This document shows positions 12,051 through 24,233 of a stretch of DNA of 64,000 bases, piece by piece. The position numbers and the translations under genes are program-made. This DNA is from Octopus sinensis (Eukaryota). The stretch covers positions 1 to 64,000 of the forward strand of contig NW_021832845.1 of NCBI RefSeq assembly GCF_006345805.1, given 5' to 3'. The notes below the pieces were generated by a model, which was not told the DNA's origin, ran no database searches, and saw nothing but the letters and a program-made list of their open reading frames with translations. Each line of letters begins with the position of its first letter. Within the stretch, counting starts at the first letter, position 1.

Positions 12051-12304
12051 GCGCATTTATTTATTATTTTAATAATTTATTGGTGATATTTTGGTCTAAG
12101 TATGACAATGGTTAAAATTTTACCGGCTGATTTCCCTAGATTCTTGGCAGTTAACGGAATTTCTTTTTCTTCTTCGTCTGCTGTTGATTGCCAAACATGC
12201 ATGTCATTCATCTGCTTGAAATTGCCAGACACTCACACATATATCCTTACTCAGTGCGTGTTGGGCATAGAATGAGGACATGGATCGCTTCTACTCAACC
12301 ATAA

Positions 12305-15300
12305 CCCTTTTGATACCAACCTGGTTGAAACCTGCTCTGGCTCTGAGTACAAATGTCTTGTTTTCATAAGTTCTGAATTAAAATCTTCCACCAAATCTTA
12401 GTCACAACTTATGTTCCTAACACTAGCTTAATGATAACCAGTTATTTTACTAAATTCTTTGTTATATTTTACTCTTTTGATACCAACCTGGTTGAAACCA
12501 CCTCTGGCTCTGTAATACAAATGTCTTGTTTTCATAAGTTCTGAATTAAAATCTTCCACCAAATCTTAGTCACAACTTATGTTCCTAACACTAGCTTAAT
12601 GATAACCAAGTTATTTTACTAAATTCTTTGTTATATTTTACTCTTTTGATACCAGCCTGGCTGAAACCACCTCTGGCTCTGTAATACAAATGTCTTGTTT
12701 TCATAAGTTCTGAATTAAAATCTTCCACCAAATCTTAGTCACAACTTATGTTCCTAACACTAGCTTAATGATAACCAAGTTATTTTACTAAATTCTTTGT
12801 TATATTTTACTCTTTTGATACCAGCCTGGCTGAAACCACCTCTGGCTCTGTAATACAAATGTCTTGTTTTCATAAGTTCTGAATTAAAATCTTCCACCAA
12901 ATCTTAGTCACAACTTATGTTCCTAACACTAGCTTAATGATAACCAAGTTATTTTACTAAATTCTTCGTTATATTTTACTCTTTTGATACCACCTGGCTG
13001 AAACCACCTCTGGCTCTGTAATACAAATGTCTTGTTTTCATAAGTTCTGAATTAATATCTTCCACCAAACCTTAGTCACAACTTATGTTCCTAACACTAG
13101 CTTAATGATAACCAAGTTATTTTACTAAATTCTTTGTTATATTTTACTCTTTTGATACCAACCTGGTTGAAACCACCTCTGGCTCTGTAATACAAATGTC
13201 TTGTTTTCATAAGTTCTGAATTAAAATCTTCCACCAAATCTTAGTCACAACTTATGTTCCTAACACTAGCTTAATGATAACCAAGTTATTTTACTAAATT
13301 CTTTGTTATATTTTACTCTTTTGATACCAGCCTGGCTGAAACCACCTCTGGCTCTGTAATACAAATGTCTTGTTTTCATAAGTTCTGAATTAAAATCTTC
13401 CACCAAATCTTAGTCACAACTTATGTTCCTAACACTAGCTTAATGATAACCAAGTTATTTTACTAAATTCTTTGTTATATTTTACTCTTTTGATACCAGC
13501 CTGGCTGAAACCACCTCTGGCTCTGTAATACAAATGTCTTGTTTTCATAAGTTCTGAATTAAAATCTTCCACCAAACCTAGTCACAACTTATGTTCCTAA
13601 CACTAGCTTAATGATAACCAAGTTATTTTACTAAATTCTTTGTTATATTTTACTCTTTTGATACCAACCTGGCTGAACCACCTCTGGCTCTGTAATACAA
13701 ATGTCTTGTTTTCATAAGTTCTGAATTAAAATTCTTCCACCAAATCTTAGTCACAACTTATGTTCCTAACACTAGCTTAATGATAACCAAGTTATTTTAC
13801 TAAATTCTTTGTTATATTTTACTCTTTTGATACCAACCTGGCTGAAACCACCTCTGGCTCTGTAATACAAATGTCTTATTTTCAAAAGTTCTGAATTAAA
13901 ATCTTCCACCAAACCTTAGTCACAATTTATGTTCCTAACACTAGCTTAATGATAAATAAATTATTTTACTAAATTCTTTGTTATATTTTACTCTTTTGAT
14001 ACCAACCTGGCTGAAACCACCTCTGGCTCTGTAATACAAATGTCTTGTTTTCATAAGTTCTGAATTAAAATCTTCCACCAAACCTTAGTCACAACTTATG
14101 TTCCTAACACTAGCTTAATGATAACAAGTTATTTTACTAAATTCTTTGTTATATTTTACTCTTTTGATACCAACCTGGCTGAAACCACCTCTGGCTCTGT
14201 AATACAAATGTCTTGTTTTCATAAGTTCTGAATTAAAATCTTCCACCAAACCTTAGTCACAACTTATGTTCCTAACACTAGCTTAATGATAACCAAGTTA
14301 TTTTACTAAATTCTTTGTTATATTTTACTCTTTTGATACCAACCTGGCTGAAACCACCTCTGGCTCTGTAATACAAATGTCTTGTTTTCATAAGTTCTGA
14401 ATTAAAATCTTCCACCAAATCTTAGTCACAACTTATGTTCCTAACACTAGCTTAATGATAACCAAGTTATTTTACTAAATTCTTTGTTATATTTTACTCT
14501 TTTGATACCAGCCTGGCTGAAACCACCTCTGACTCTGTAATACAAATGTCTTGTTTTCATAAGTTCTGAATTAAAATCTTCCACCAAACCTTAGTCACAA
14601 TTTATGTTCCTAACACTAGCTTAATGATAACCAAGTTATTTTACTAAATTCTTTGTTATATTTTACTCTTTTGATACCAACCTGGCTGAAACCACCTCTG
14701 GCTCTGTAATACAAATGTCTTGTTTTCATAAGTTCTGAATTAAAATCTTCCACCAAACCTTAGTCACAACTTATGTTCCTAACACTAGCTTAATGATAAC
14801 CAAGTTATTTTACTAAATTCTTTGTTATATTTTACTCTTTTGATACCAACCTGGCTGAAACCACCTCTGGCTCTGTAATACAAATGTCTTGTTTTCATAA
14901 GTTCTGAATTAAAATCTTCCACCAAACCTTAGTCACAACTTATGTTCCTAACACTAGCTTATGATAACCAAGTTATTTTACTAAATTCTTTGTTATATTT
15001 TACTCTTTTGATACCAACCTGGCTGAAACCACCTCTGGCTCTGTAATACAAATGTCTTGTTTTCATAAGTTCTGAATTAAAATCTTCCACCAAACCTTAG
15101 TCACAACTTATGTTCCTAACACTAGCTTAATGATAACCAAGTTATTTTACTAAATTCTTTGTTATATTTTACTCTTTTGATACCAACCTGGCTGAAACCA
15201 CCTCTGGCTCTGTAATACAAATGTCTTGTTTTCATAAGTTCTGAATTAAAATCTTCCACCAAACTTAGTCACAACTTATGTTCCTAACACTAGCTTAATG

Positions 15301-16741
15301 ATAACCAAGTTATTTTACTAAATTCTTTGTTATATTTTACTCTTTTGATACCAACCTGGCTGAAACCACCTCTGGCTCTGTAATACAAATGTCTTGTTTT
15401 CATAAGTTCTGAATTAAAATCTTCCACCAAATCTTAGTCACAACTTATGTTCCTAACACTAGCTTAATGATAACCAAGTTATTTTACTAAATTCTTTGTT
15501 ATATTTTACTCTTTTGATACCAGCCTGGCTGGCTGAAACCACCTCTGACTCTGTAATACAAATGTTGTTTTCATAAGTTCTGAATTAAAATCTTCCACCA
15601 AACCTTAGTCACAATTTATGTTCCTAACACTAGCTTAATGATAACCAAGTTATTTTACTAAATTCTTTGTTATATTTTACTCTTTTGATACCAACCTGGC
15701 TGAAACCACCTCTGGCTCTGTAATACAAATGTCTTGTTTTCATAAGTTCTGAATTAAAATCTTCCACCAAACCTTAGTCACAACTTATGTTCCTAACACT
15801 AGCTTAATGATAACCAAGTTATTTTACTAAATTCTTTGTTATATTTTACTCTTTTGATACCAACCTGGCTAAAACCACCTCTGGCTCTGTAATACAAATG
15901 TCTTGTTTTCATAAGTTCTGAATTAAAATCTTCCACCAAACCTTAGTCACAACTTATGTTCCTAACACTAGCTTAATGATAACCAAGTATTTTACTAAAT
16001 TCTTTGTTTATTTTACTCTTTTGATACCAACCTGGCTGAAACCACCTCTGGCTCTGTAATACAAATGTCTTGTTTTCATAAGTTCTGAATTAAAATCTTC
16101 CACCAAACCTTAGTCACAACTTATGTTCCTAACACTAGCTTAATGATAACCAAGTTATTTTACTAAATTCTTCATTATATTTTACTCTTTTGATACCACC
16201 TGGCTGAAACCACCTCTGGCTCTGTAATACAAATGTCTTGTTTTCATAAGTTCTGAATTAAAATCTTCCACCAAACCTTAGTCACAACTTATGTTCCTAA
16301 CACTAGCTTAATGATAACCAAGTTATTTTACTAAATTCTTTGTTATATTTTACTCTTTTGATACCAACCTGGCTGAAACCACCTCTGACTCTGTAATACA
16401 AATGTCTTGTTTTCATAAGTTCTGAATTAAAATCTTCCACCAAACCTTAGTCACAACTATGTTCCTAACACTAGCTTAATGATAACCAAGTTATTTTACT
16501 AAATTCTTTGTTATATTTTACTCTTTTGATACCAACCTGGCTGAAACCACCTCTGGCTCTGTAATACAAATGTCTTGTTTTCATAAGTTCTGAATTAAAA
16601 TCTTCCACCAAACCTTAGTCACAACTTATGTTCCTAACACTAGCTTAATGATAACCAAGTTATTTTACTAAATTCTTTGTTATATTTAAAGTAATTGAAA
16701 GAAACACAGAGCATCTCGACAGAAATATGGTAAAGAAACGG
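12305..16741. repeat. 169-bp tandem array (~26 units) inside a single TTAA-type (piggyBac-like) MITE
   Basis: Period 169 (CTCTTTTGAT at 12472, 12641, 12810...). Left end ATAA|CCCTTTTGATACC, right end GGTAAAGAAACGG|TTAA. Monomeric MITE copies lie at 43195-43415 and 43501-43726 in the opposite orientation. Confidence 0.93.
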
Positions 16742-16744
16742 TTA

Positions 16745-17027
16745 AGGGAGGACTGAGCAAGAAGGGAGCAGGCCAGCAAGATAATGAGGAGCAATAAACC
16801 ATGGTTTATGTCACCACAATTCCTACAGGCATATTCAGTCAGCAATTCACGCGCGCACGCACACACACATTGTCCCGCGCGCGAACGTTCTTACTATGTA
16901 TAACTTATGTGAGCCTTCGCGCGCGCGCATTTGTTTTCCAAGCGAGATAATTCCGTTGTCCTTTGCCATTTCGGCTCTCCTCATTTCGGAGACGACAACA
17001 GCCTTGTTGTTTCTGCTTGGTTACAAA
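16745..17027 (+). promoter_or_regulatory. Probable AATF promoter/5' UTR (local CpG-rich patch)
   Basis: Clustered GCGCGC motifs at ~16850-16925 in a CpG-poor window, directly upstream of ATG 17028 in context AAAATGG. Confidence 0.45.
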
Positions 17028-17106
17028 ATGGCGTTGAGCGATCTTTTGGATTCTCTCGCCAAACCGAATCCCACCTTTCACGACGGAGACGACGACTTTG
17101 GGGACA
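17028..17106 (+). CDS. AATF: AATF/BFR2 (Traube) coding exon 1
   Basis: MALSDLLDSLAKPNPTFHDGDDDFGD resembles the AATF N-terminus (L...L..L..P.P...D); strong donor A|GTAAGT at 17107, phase 1. Confidence 0.8.
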
Positions 17107-17132
17107 GTAAGTATTATACCTTTACAAACCAC

Positions 17133-17180
<48 letters not shown>

Positions 17181-17230
17181 CGTTTATAAACCACTATCTC
17201 TCTCTATATATACATATATATATACATACA

Positions 17231-17561
17231 GCCGGAATTCTGCCTTAAGCACGCCATATAACCCCTTCATAACTTTCTTATTCTTGGGAGTATTCAGAGA
17301 ATTTTCGAAAAATAAGAAGAAAAAAATGTTTTCTTTGATAATCGTGTGAATTTGAGTCTGCAAGACATAAATATGCAAAAGCTTCCTGAAAATACCGAAA
17401 ACATAAAAGATACAAACGTGATGAGGGGTTTTAGGGCGTGCTTAGAGCACAATTCCGTCGTTTTATGAATTCCCTTTTGTAGAACAGAAACACGGGAAAA
17501 GTTCGCTGAAAATGCCCACAAAATACAAAATTTATGGCGAGCTGAAAGCAGAATTCCACCT
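17231..17561. mobile_element. Small MITE with ~14-bp TIRs
   Basis: AGCCGGAATTCTGC at the left, GCAGAATTCCACCT at the right. Confidence 0.5.
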
Positions 17562-17621
17562 ATAGTTGTTTGTTTGTACTCCACCTGCCTTCGTCTTTTG
17601 TTTATTTTCATAAAGCTTCCG

Positions 17622-17669
<48 letters not shown>

Positions 17670-17743
17670 TTGTGTGAATTTTTTGCGTAATAAGATAAAA
17701 AAAACCAAGGGTGTGTAGATTTTAGAACATTTATTGATAGAAG

Positions 17744-17796
17744 GTCTTACAGCTGTTTCTAGGATATTTATTAATTATATCCCTTCGTGGGAAACG
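17744..17796 (-). ncRNA. Degenerate minimal hammerhead-like motif in a Penelope-type tail
   Basis: Minus strand: CCCACGA-AGGGATA(11-nt loop)TATCCTA-GAAAC-AGCT-GTA-AGAC. It has GAAA, a 2-bp stem III with palindromic tetraloop and a GUA triplet, but U4/G5 of the core are substituted. Confidence 0.4.
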
Positions 17797-18344
17797 GTGA
17801 GAGAGGATGGTTAAGTAATAGTTAATTTAGATAGGATACAAAATAGAGAGTGAGGTGGAGGAAAGAAAAATAGATGTAAGATATGTTTGGTTTTATATAT
17901 ATACACACACACACACATGCAGTTTTTTTTAACAAACGAAAGCACATGTAAAGTGAATATTGTTATCAAAATTAGTGGATGTCCCGAAATCTTTATTCGC
18001 TTAATATCATCAGCTGGTTTGACCCGGGTATAAAAACCAAAAAAAAAAAACAGTGTAATAGGTGTAACACAACATGCTCTAAACGAATATGATGAAAAAA
18101 ATGCGTGATCGCGAAAGAGGGTGGGGGAGAGGACTCGGAAAATTCACATCGTGAATGTTCCGAAAGCGTTTGACAATGCCTGCATGGATTAGATTGAATT
18201 TGTTGAGACAGATTATTTACACCTGGATGCCCTTCATGTCACCAATTTGCATGGCTGAGAGTTTTGCTTTCCAGCCATGTAGTCTTGGGTTCCTTAGATG
18301 AGTGTGTTCTACAAAAGCACCAAGCCAGTCAAATATTTATAAAC

Positions 18345-18565
18345 ATTAATAAAAGAAAATGGAGATTGGAAGGTTAATGAGTGTTTATTATTAACAGCAA
18401 ATTAATCAAGGGTATATTTTTTCCATCTGAAGATATGCTCAGGTCATATAAATATAAATTTAATAATTACTCAATATTTACCGAGTATTAATTTAAGTGA
18501 AGATAATTAATTTGCTGTTAATAATAAACGGTTATTAAATTCCCAATCTCCATTTTCTTTTTCTT
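18345..18565. mobile_element. Hairpin MITE; partial copy at ~20760-20875
   Basis: AAAAGAAAATGGAGATTGG...ATTATTAACAGCAAATTAAT is inverted as ATTAATTTGCTGTTAATAAT...CCCAATCTCCATTTTCTTTT. Confidence 0.6.
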
Positions 18566-18579
18566 CTTTCATATGAATA

Positions 18580-18958
18580 CTTGCAGTATCGCCCGGCATT
18601 GCTCAGGTTTGTTTTGGCCCTTTAGGATTTTGAAAAGCAAAAATTTTGCATTATGTAGCTTGTTATTCTCTTTAAGTGAACATTTTTCTGGTTGAAATAC
18701 ACCGAGAAATGGTGACACAGCAGTCAAAAAATCGTAAAAAATAGGGATTTTCATAGAAAAAAAGCACCTTTTTGATGTAAATAATTTTTGGTGTTAACAT
18801 GGTCCGATTTGAATATTTTCTTCTATGGAATGAAGAGCAAGCCTTCTTCTATCATACTCTCAATTTTGGTCAACTTGCGCCGCAGGGTCTCAGAGGAGAT
18901 AGTGTTAGTTGAAGCCTACCAAACCTCCCATACACAGACAACTTCGGCTTTATATATA
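18580..18958 (-). mobile_element. Degenerate non-autonomous Helitron-like element
   Basis: 3' end CTTGCAGTATCGCCCGGCATTGCTCAGG (degenerate family terminus); 5' end ACAGACAACTTCGGCTTTATATATA; interior differs from other copies. Confidence 0.6.
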
Positions 18959-18964
18959 TTATTA

Positions 18965-19262
18965 TTTATGCACCCTTTTCAAGCTTAGCCAGGTTCATGG
19001 GCCCGGTTTCTGTGGTGTATGTGTGTCCCCCCCCCCCCAGCTGGACAGGACGCCAGTCCATTGCAGTGTTACTCAAGAAACAGGAAGAAAGAGTGAAAGA
19101 AAGTTGGGGCGAAAGAGTACAGAGGTGGCCACCCCCACCCATGCCAGAGCTTCGTGGAGCTTTAGGTGTTTTCGCTCAATAAACACACACAATTGAATTG
19201 AAACTGCGATCCTCTGACCGCGAGTCCGCTGCCCTAACCACTGGGCCATTACACCTCCACAC
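18965..19262 (-). mobile_element. tRNA-headed SINE (second subfamily)
   Basis: Minus strand head TGGCCCAGTGGTTAGGGCAGCGGACTCGCGGTCAGAGGATCGCAGTTTC; body GCGATGGACTGGCGTCCTGTCCAG shared with 11820-12050. Confidence 0.65.
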
Positions 19263-19399
19263 ACACACCTATTATTTTAAGGAAATTAATTCCCCAAAAT
19301 ACTAGTTGTTGAACCAGTATTTCTTCGGATGAAACCATCCCTTCATGAGGTTAACACAACCTCTAATGGAATATGTATATATATATATATACATACATG

Positions 19400-20015
19400 A
19401 ATGGCTGTGTGGTAAGAACCTTGCTTCCCAACCACATAGTTCCGGGTTCAGTCCCACTTCATGTCACCTTGGGCAAGTGTCTTCTATAGCCTCAGGCTAA
19501 CCAAAGCCTTGAGAGTGTATTTGGTAGATGGGAAACTGAAAGAAGCCCATATGTGTGTGTTTTTGTCCCCCCACCATTGCTTGACAACCGATGGTGGTGT
19601 GTTTACATCCCTGTAACTTAGCAGTTCAGCAAAAGAGACTGATAGAATTAGTACCAGTACTTTAAAAGGAAAGTACTGGGTTCGATTTGTCTAAAATTCT
19701 TCAAGGCAGTGCCCAAGCATGGCCATAGTCTAATGACTGAAAAAGTAAAAGGTAAGATATATATATTATATACATGTATAATATATATACATTTACATAC
19801 ATAATATATATACTCTTTTACCTGTTTCAGTCATTTGACTGGCCATGCTGGATCACCGCCTTTAGTCGAGCAAATCAACCTCATGACTTATTCTTTGTAA
19901 GCCTAATACTTATTCTATCAGTCTCTTTTACTGAACTGCTAAGTTATGGGCACGTAAACACACCAACATCGGTTGTCAAGCAATATTGGGGGGACAAACA
20001 CATAAACACACACAT

Positions 20016-20066
<51 letters not shown>

Positions 20067-20262
20067 AAGACACACACACACATATATACTACGAGCTTCT
20101 TTCAGTTTCTGTCTACCAAATCCACTCAGAAGGCTTTGGTCGGCCCAAGGCTATAATAGAAGACACTTGCCCAAGGTGCTACGCAGTGGGACTGAACCAG
20201 GAACCATGTGGTTGGTAAGCAAGCTACTTACCACACAGCCACTCCTGCACCTATATATACAT
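19400..20262. mobile_element. Two SINEs of the main family, tail-to-tail (+ ~19400-19755, - ~19812-20262)
   Basis: Family consensus with internal (TG)n/(TA)n tract. Confidence 0.8.
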
Positions 20263-20504
20263 ACACATACATAAACACACACACACACACGATGGACTTC
20301 AGTTTTTCCCTATCAAATCCACTTACATGACTATAATAAAAGACACTTGCCTAAGATGCTGGGCAGTGGGATTGAACTTAAGACTACATATTTGTGAAGT
20401 GAGCCTCTTAACCACACCTATGTCTACTCCTATAGCCATTCACCTATATTTTCTTGTTTAGCCTTTTAGCTAATTTCTCTCTCGTTTGACCCCGACTCTT
20501 GCAG

Positions 20505-20678
20505 ATACGACAGCACAGCTCAGCGTCCACGGAACAGAAGACGATGCGAAAGATGGCGATCAGATACAGAAGTCAACAAAGTTGAAGAGACAAGCTGCTT
20601 CACTGTTATCCGACACGGATACAAGGTATGCTGGGCACAAGACTACGAGGAAAGACCTGATGCAGGATTCTGGAAAAT
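20505..20678 (+). CDS. AATF: AATF/BFR2 coding exon 2
   Basis: Acceptor TTGCAG (AG at 20503-20504); phase 1 joins exon 1 (A|AT = Asn). TTAQLSVHGTEDDAKDGDQIQKSTKLKRQAASLLSDTDTRYAGHKTTRKDL resembles AATF T.A.V...S.RK.A...L.D.D.RY.GK..SRK. Donor GTGAGT at 20679. Confidence 0.85.
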
Positions 20679-20894
20679 GTGAGTAGGCTGTGTGTTTGTG
20701 AGTGTATGTGTACTGTTCCGGGTGTGTTTTACTTGGGAAGGAAAAAATAGTGGATTTCATTTGGAAATAATTATTCAGTATTTACTGAGTATTAATTGAA
20801 GTGAAGATAATTAATTTGCTGTTAATAATAAGCAGTTACTAAATTCCCAATCTCCATTTTCTTTTTCTTATTTTATATGAATATAAACTATATA

Positions 20895-21057
20895 GGCGCA
20901 GGAGTGGCTGTGTGGTAAGTAGCTTGCTAACCAACCACTTGGTTCCGGGTTCAGTCCCACTGCGTGGCATCTTGGGCAAGTGTCTTCTGCTATAGCCCCG
21001 GGCCGACCAATGCCTTGTGAGTGGATTTGGTAGACGGAAACTGAAAGAAGCCTGTCG

Positions 21058-21100
<43 letters not shown>

Positions 21101-21320
21101 ATGTGTATGTTTGTGTGTCTTTGTTTGTCCCCCCACCATCGCTTGACAACCGATGCTGGTGTGTTTACGTCCCCGTCACTTAGTGGTTCGGCAAAAAGAG
21201 ACCGATAGAATAAGTACTGGACTTACAAAGAATAAGTGTTGGGGTTGAGTTGCTCGACTAAAGGTGGTGCTCCAGCATGGCCGCAGTCAAATGACTGAAA
21301 CAAGTAAAAGAGTAAAGAGT
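20895..21320 (+). mobile_element. Full-length SINE, main family
   Basis: GGCGCAGGAGTGGCTGTGTGGTAAG head through AAACAAGTAAAAGAGTAAAGAG tail. Confidence 0.85.
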
Positions 21321-21331
21321 ATATATATATA

Positions 21332-21846
21332 CCGTAAATCCTCGAGTATAATCCGCATTTTTTACCCCCCAAAATTTAAAGGTCAAAATCCCTACTGCGT
21401 ACTATATACAAGGTTACAAATGAAAATTATTTTCTAATCAATGTCCTAGTCTCTATTTGCTGTCCGGCAATGTTTATTCAGACGCATTTTGTGATGTCGG
21501 GAGCGAAAATACCTTAAGCTAAGCCTGAAAGCAATGAAGTCATAAAAGAATCATCCATAACTTGCAGTAAGCAACATTTATTAAACGTTATTACTGTTAT
21601 TTCTTTGTTTTCTGCAAACAAAATGCACAAAAAAGCTACACGTTTGCATTATGTTATATATACAATAATAATAAAGGATGTTACCGTATACAGTTTTACA
21701 AACCAAGGACGTTATATAGACCTCCTTGACTCAAGTTAGAGAAGGGGTGTGTATTATGCACGAGGTTTAGGTTTTTCAGAGGTACAGCCCCCTAAAAATC
21801 CCCTACATATTATACTCAAGGGCGGACTATACTCGAAGATTTATGG
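21332..21846. mobile_element. Tc1/mariner-pogo-type MITE with TA TSD
   Basis: TA|CCGTAAATCCTCGAGTATA ... TATACTCGAAGATTTATGG|TA. Confidence 0.7.
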
Positions 21847-21849
21847 TAT

Positions 21850-22065
21850 TTCTCTCAGATTCACACACTTATTGCAGCAGACCTTCAGTTTTTCTAAGCC
21901 CTGTGAAAGAACTCAGAAGGTTGGGTCCCGAAAAAAAAATTTACCATAATTTTTTGTTTTTTAATGTATTTTTTACTCGGTTTTATATAAGGGAAGTAAC
22001 TCTCTAAGAATGCTTATATAGTTATTTCCCTTACAAACGCGAGCAATGCCGGGCGATACTGCTAG
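21850..22065 (+). mobile_element. 3' part of Helitron-like element
   Basis: Ends TTACAAACGCGAGCAATGCCGGGCGATACTGCTAG|T. Confidence 0.7.
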
Positions 22066-22085
22066 TATATATATATATATATATA

Positions 22086-23185
22086 CTCTTTTACTTGTTT
22101 CAGTCATTTGACTGCGGCCATGCTGGAGCACCGCCTTTAGTCGAGCAAATCGACCCCGGGACTTATTCTTTATAAGCTCAGTACTTATTCTATTGGTCTC
22201 TTTTGCCGAACCGCTAAGTTATGGGGACGTAAACACACCAGCATCGGTTGTCAAGCAATGCTAGGGAGACAAACACAGACACACAAACATATACACACAC
22301 ACTTATATATATATACATATATACGACAGGCTTCTTTCAGTTTCCGTCTACCAAATCCACTCACAAGGCATTGGTCGGCCCGGGGCTATAGCAGAAGATA
22401 CTTGCCCAAGATGCCACAAACATGTGGTTGGTTAGCAAGCTACTTACCACACAGCCACTCCTGCGCCTATATAACTGTAAAACATTATTTAAACATAAGA
22501 CATTTGCAGGACTTCACTCATAAGGGGTTTAAGATGTTTGTAATAGTATTACCACGAGAACCAGATACAAAATCAAAAGTATAACCTTGAGGCATCCAAT
22601 TCTTTGCTACTTGTCGTTCACAAAGGTTTTTTGAACAATAGAGCATAAAGATCAGTGTTTCCTTCAAACTTCCATTTCAAATTTCAAAAGCTTATTCAAA
22701 TGGGGAATATTTCAAAAGAAAAGGAAGATCAATTTACCAGCTGATGATGGGAAATTAGTAACTCAGGGAAATGGAGCCTTTCAGTAATAATGCATGTGTG
22801 TGTGTGTGTGTTTTATCTTTTACTTGTTTCTGTCATTAGATTGTGGCCATGCTGGGGCACTGTTTTACTCTTTACTCTTTTACTTGTTCCATTCATTTGA
22901 CTGCGGCCATGCTGGAGCACCACCTTTAGTCGAGCAAATCGACCCTGGGACCTACTTTTGTAAGCCTAGTACTTATTCTATCGGTCTCTTTTGCTGAACC
23001 GCTAAGTTACAGGGACGTAAACACACCAGGATCTGTTGTCAAACGATGTTGTGGGGGAAGTAGGACAAACACACACAAGAGCTTCTTTCAGTTTCCATCC
23101 ACCAAATCCACTCTCAAGGCTTTGGTTGGCCCGAGGCTATAGTAGAAACACTTGCCCAAGATGCCACCACGCAGTGGGACTGTTA
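22086..23185 (-). mobile_element. Main-family SINEs (~22086-22470 and ~22815-23185)
   Basis: Reverse complement of the family consensus; duplicated tail at ~22815-22900. Confidence 0.8.
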
Positions 23186-23863
23186 CTTATCTATACATAA
23201 TTAAAGATCTTGTCTATGTGTGTGTGTGTGTGCCTGTTCTGTTTTTATGTAGTTATGCTGCGGAATATAAATATAACAAAATTAGGCCAGCAATGTTTCC
23301 TTTGAAACTTGAAGTAAAAAGTCTTGGGTACTACTTACACCTATTACACTATTTTTTTTTTTATGACCGAGTCAAACGCTTTAGTTTAACCAAAAAGTCT
23401 TGGGTACTACTTACACCTATTACACTATTCTTTTTTTATGACCGGGTCAAACACTTTAGTTTAACCAAACCAACTGGGAAATACAAGCAAGAAAAGGAAC
23501 TTAGTTTCTCTACATAAGCTGAAATATAAAATTAAAAAACTATATTTTTGAATATTTTACTGAAAATGTACTGAAATTTTTTTTAATTCCAAAAAGTTAA
23601 AAAAGGTTATTAGTTGTTTTCATAAATTGATAAACAGACAGTCAATAGTTTTAAATTTTTTCTAATTCTCAGTCATTTTAGCCAAAAGATGTAGCAGAAT
23701 TTTGAAAAGACACTGCTAAATGAAAGACAATGGTGATGATATATAAAAAATATGGATATAAATTCTTTAAAATCCAACCATACCAATGCAGTCAGTGAAA
23801 GTCTTATTCAGATAAATAGAATTACTTAAAAATATATATAAAAAAACACAAATTGTAGCATTC

Positions 23864-24009
23864 TTATACTGATGGGTAGTTCCTGAAATATTTGTAGCCG
23901 AAGAAAAGGAATCCAAAAAGGATTGAAGCGAGGAAGAGTGTGACAAGAATGATTCCGACAATCTCAAGTGTACTGTAGGGTCTTGATCCATCATCTTCAG
24001 TTTTTTTAT
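23864..24009 (-). CDS. Candidate exon encoding a transmembrane helix (unknown single-pass protein)
   Basis: Acceptor TTGCAG (AG at 24011-24010), then (D)KKTEDDGSRPYSTLEIVGIILVTLFLASILFGFLFFGYKYFRNYPSV*: ~23-aa hydrophobic helix followed by basic/aromatic residues. Confidence 0.5.
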
Positions 24010-24149
24010 CTGCAATTGATGAACAATAAAATATACAGCTACATTTATATATTTGTTTTACAAGAATTTTAATGTGAAATCGTGTGTTGAAACAGATATT
24101 GTTGTATTTCGGAATGGTCATTTTGCCAGTTTAGCCAATAATGGCTTAC

Positions 24150-24233
24150 CGTTAGTAAGGAGATACACAAATAAGAAAGAAGAAAGCAAAGGACCACTGA
24201 TGAGGTCACAGGAGTGTGACAAAAGAACTCTGG
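24150..24233 (-). CDS. Candidate 84-nt symmetric (phase 1-1) exon upstream of the TM exon
   Basis: Acceptor TTATTTCAG, donor G|GTAAGC; open frame RVLLSHSCDLISGPLLSSFLFVYLLTN joins in phase (G|AT) to the exon at 24009 across a 140-nt intron. Confidence 0.45.
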
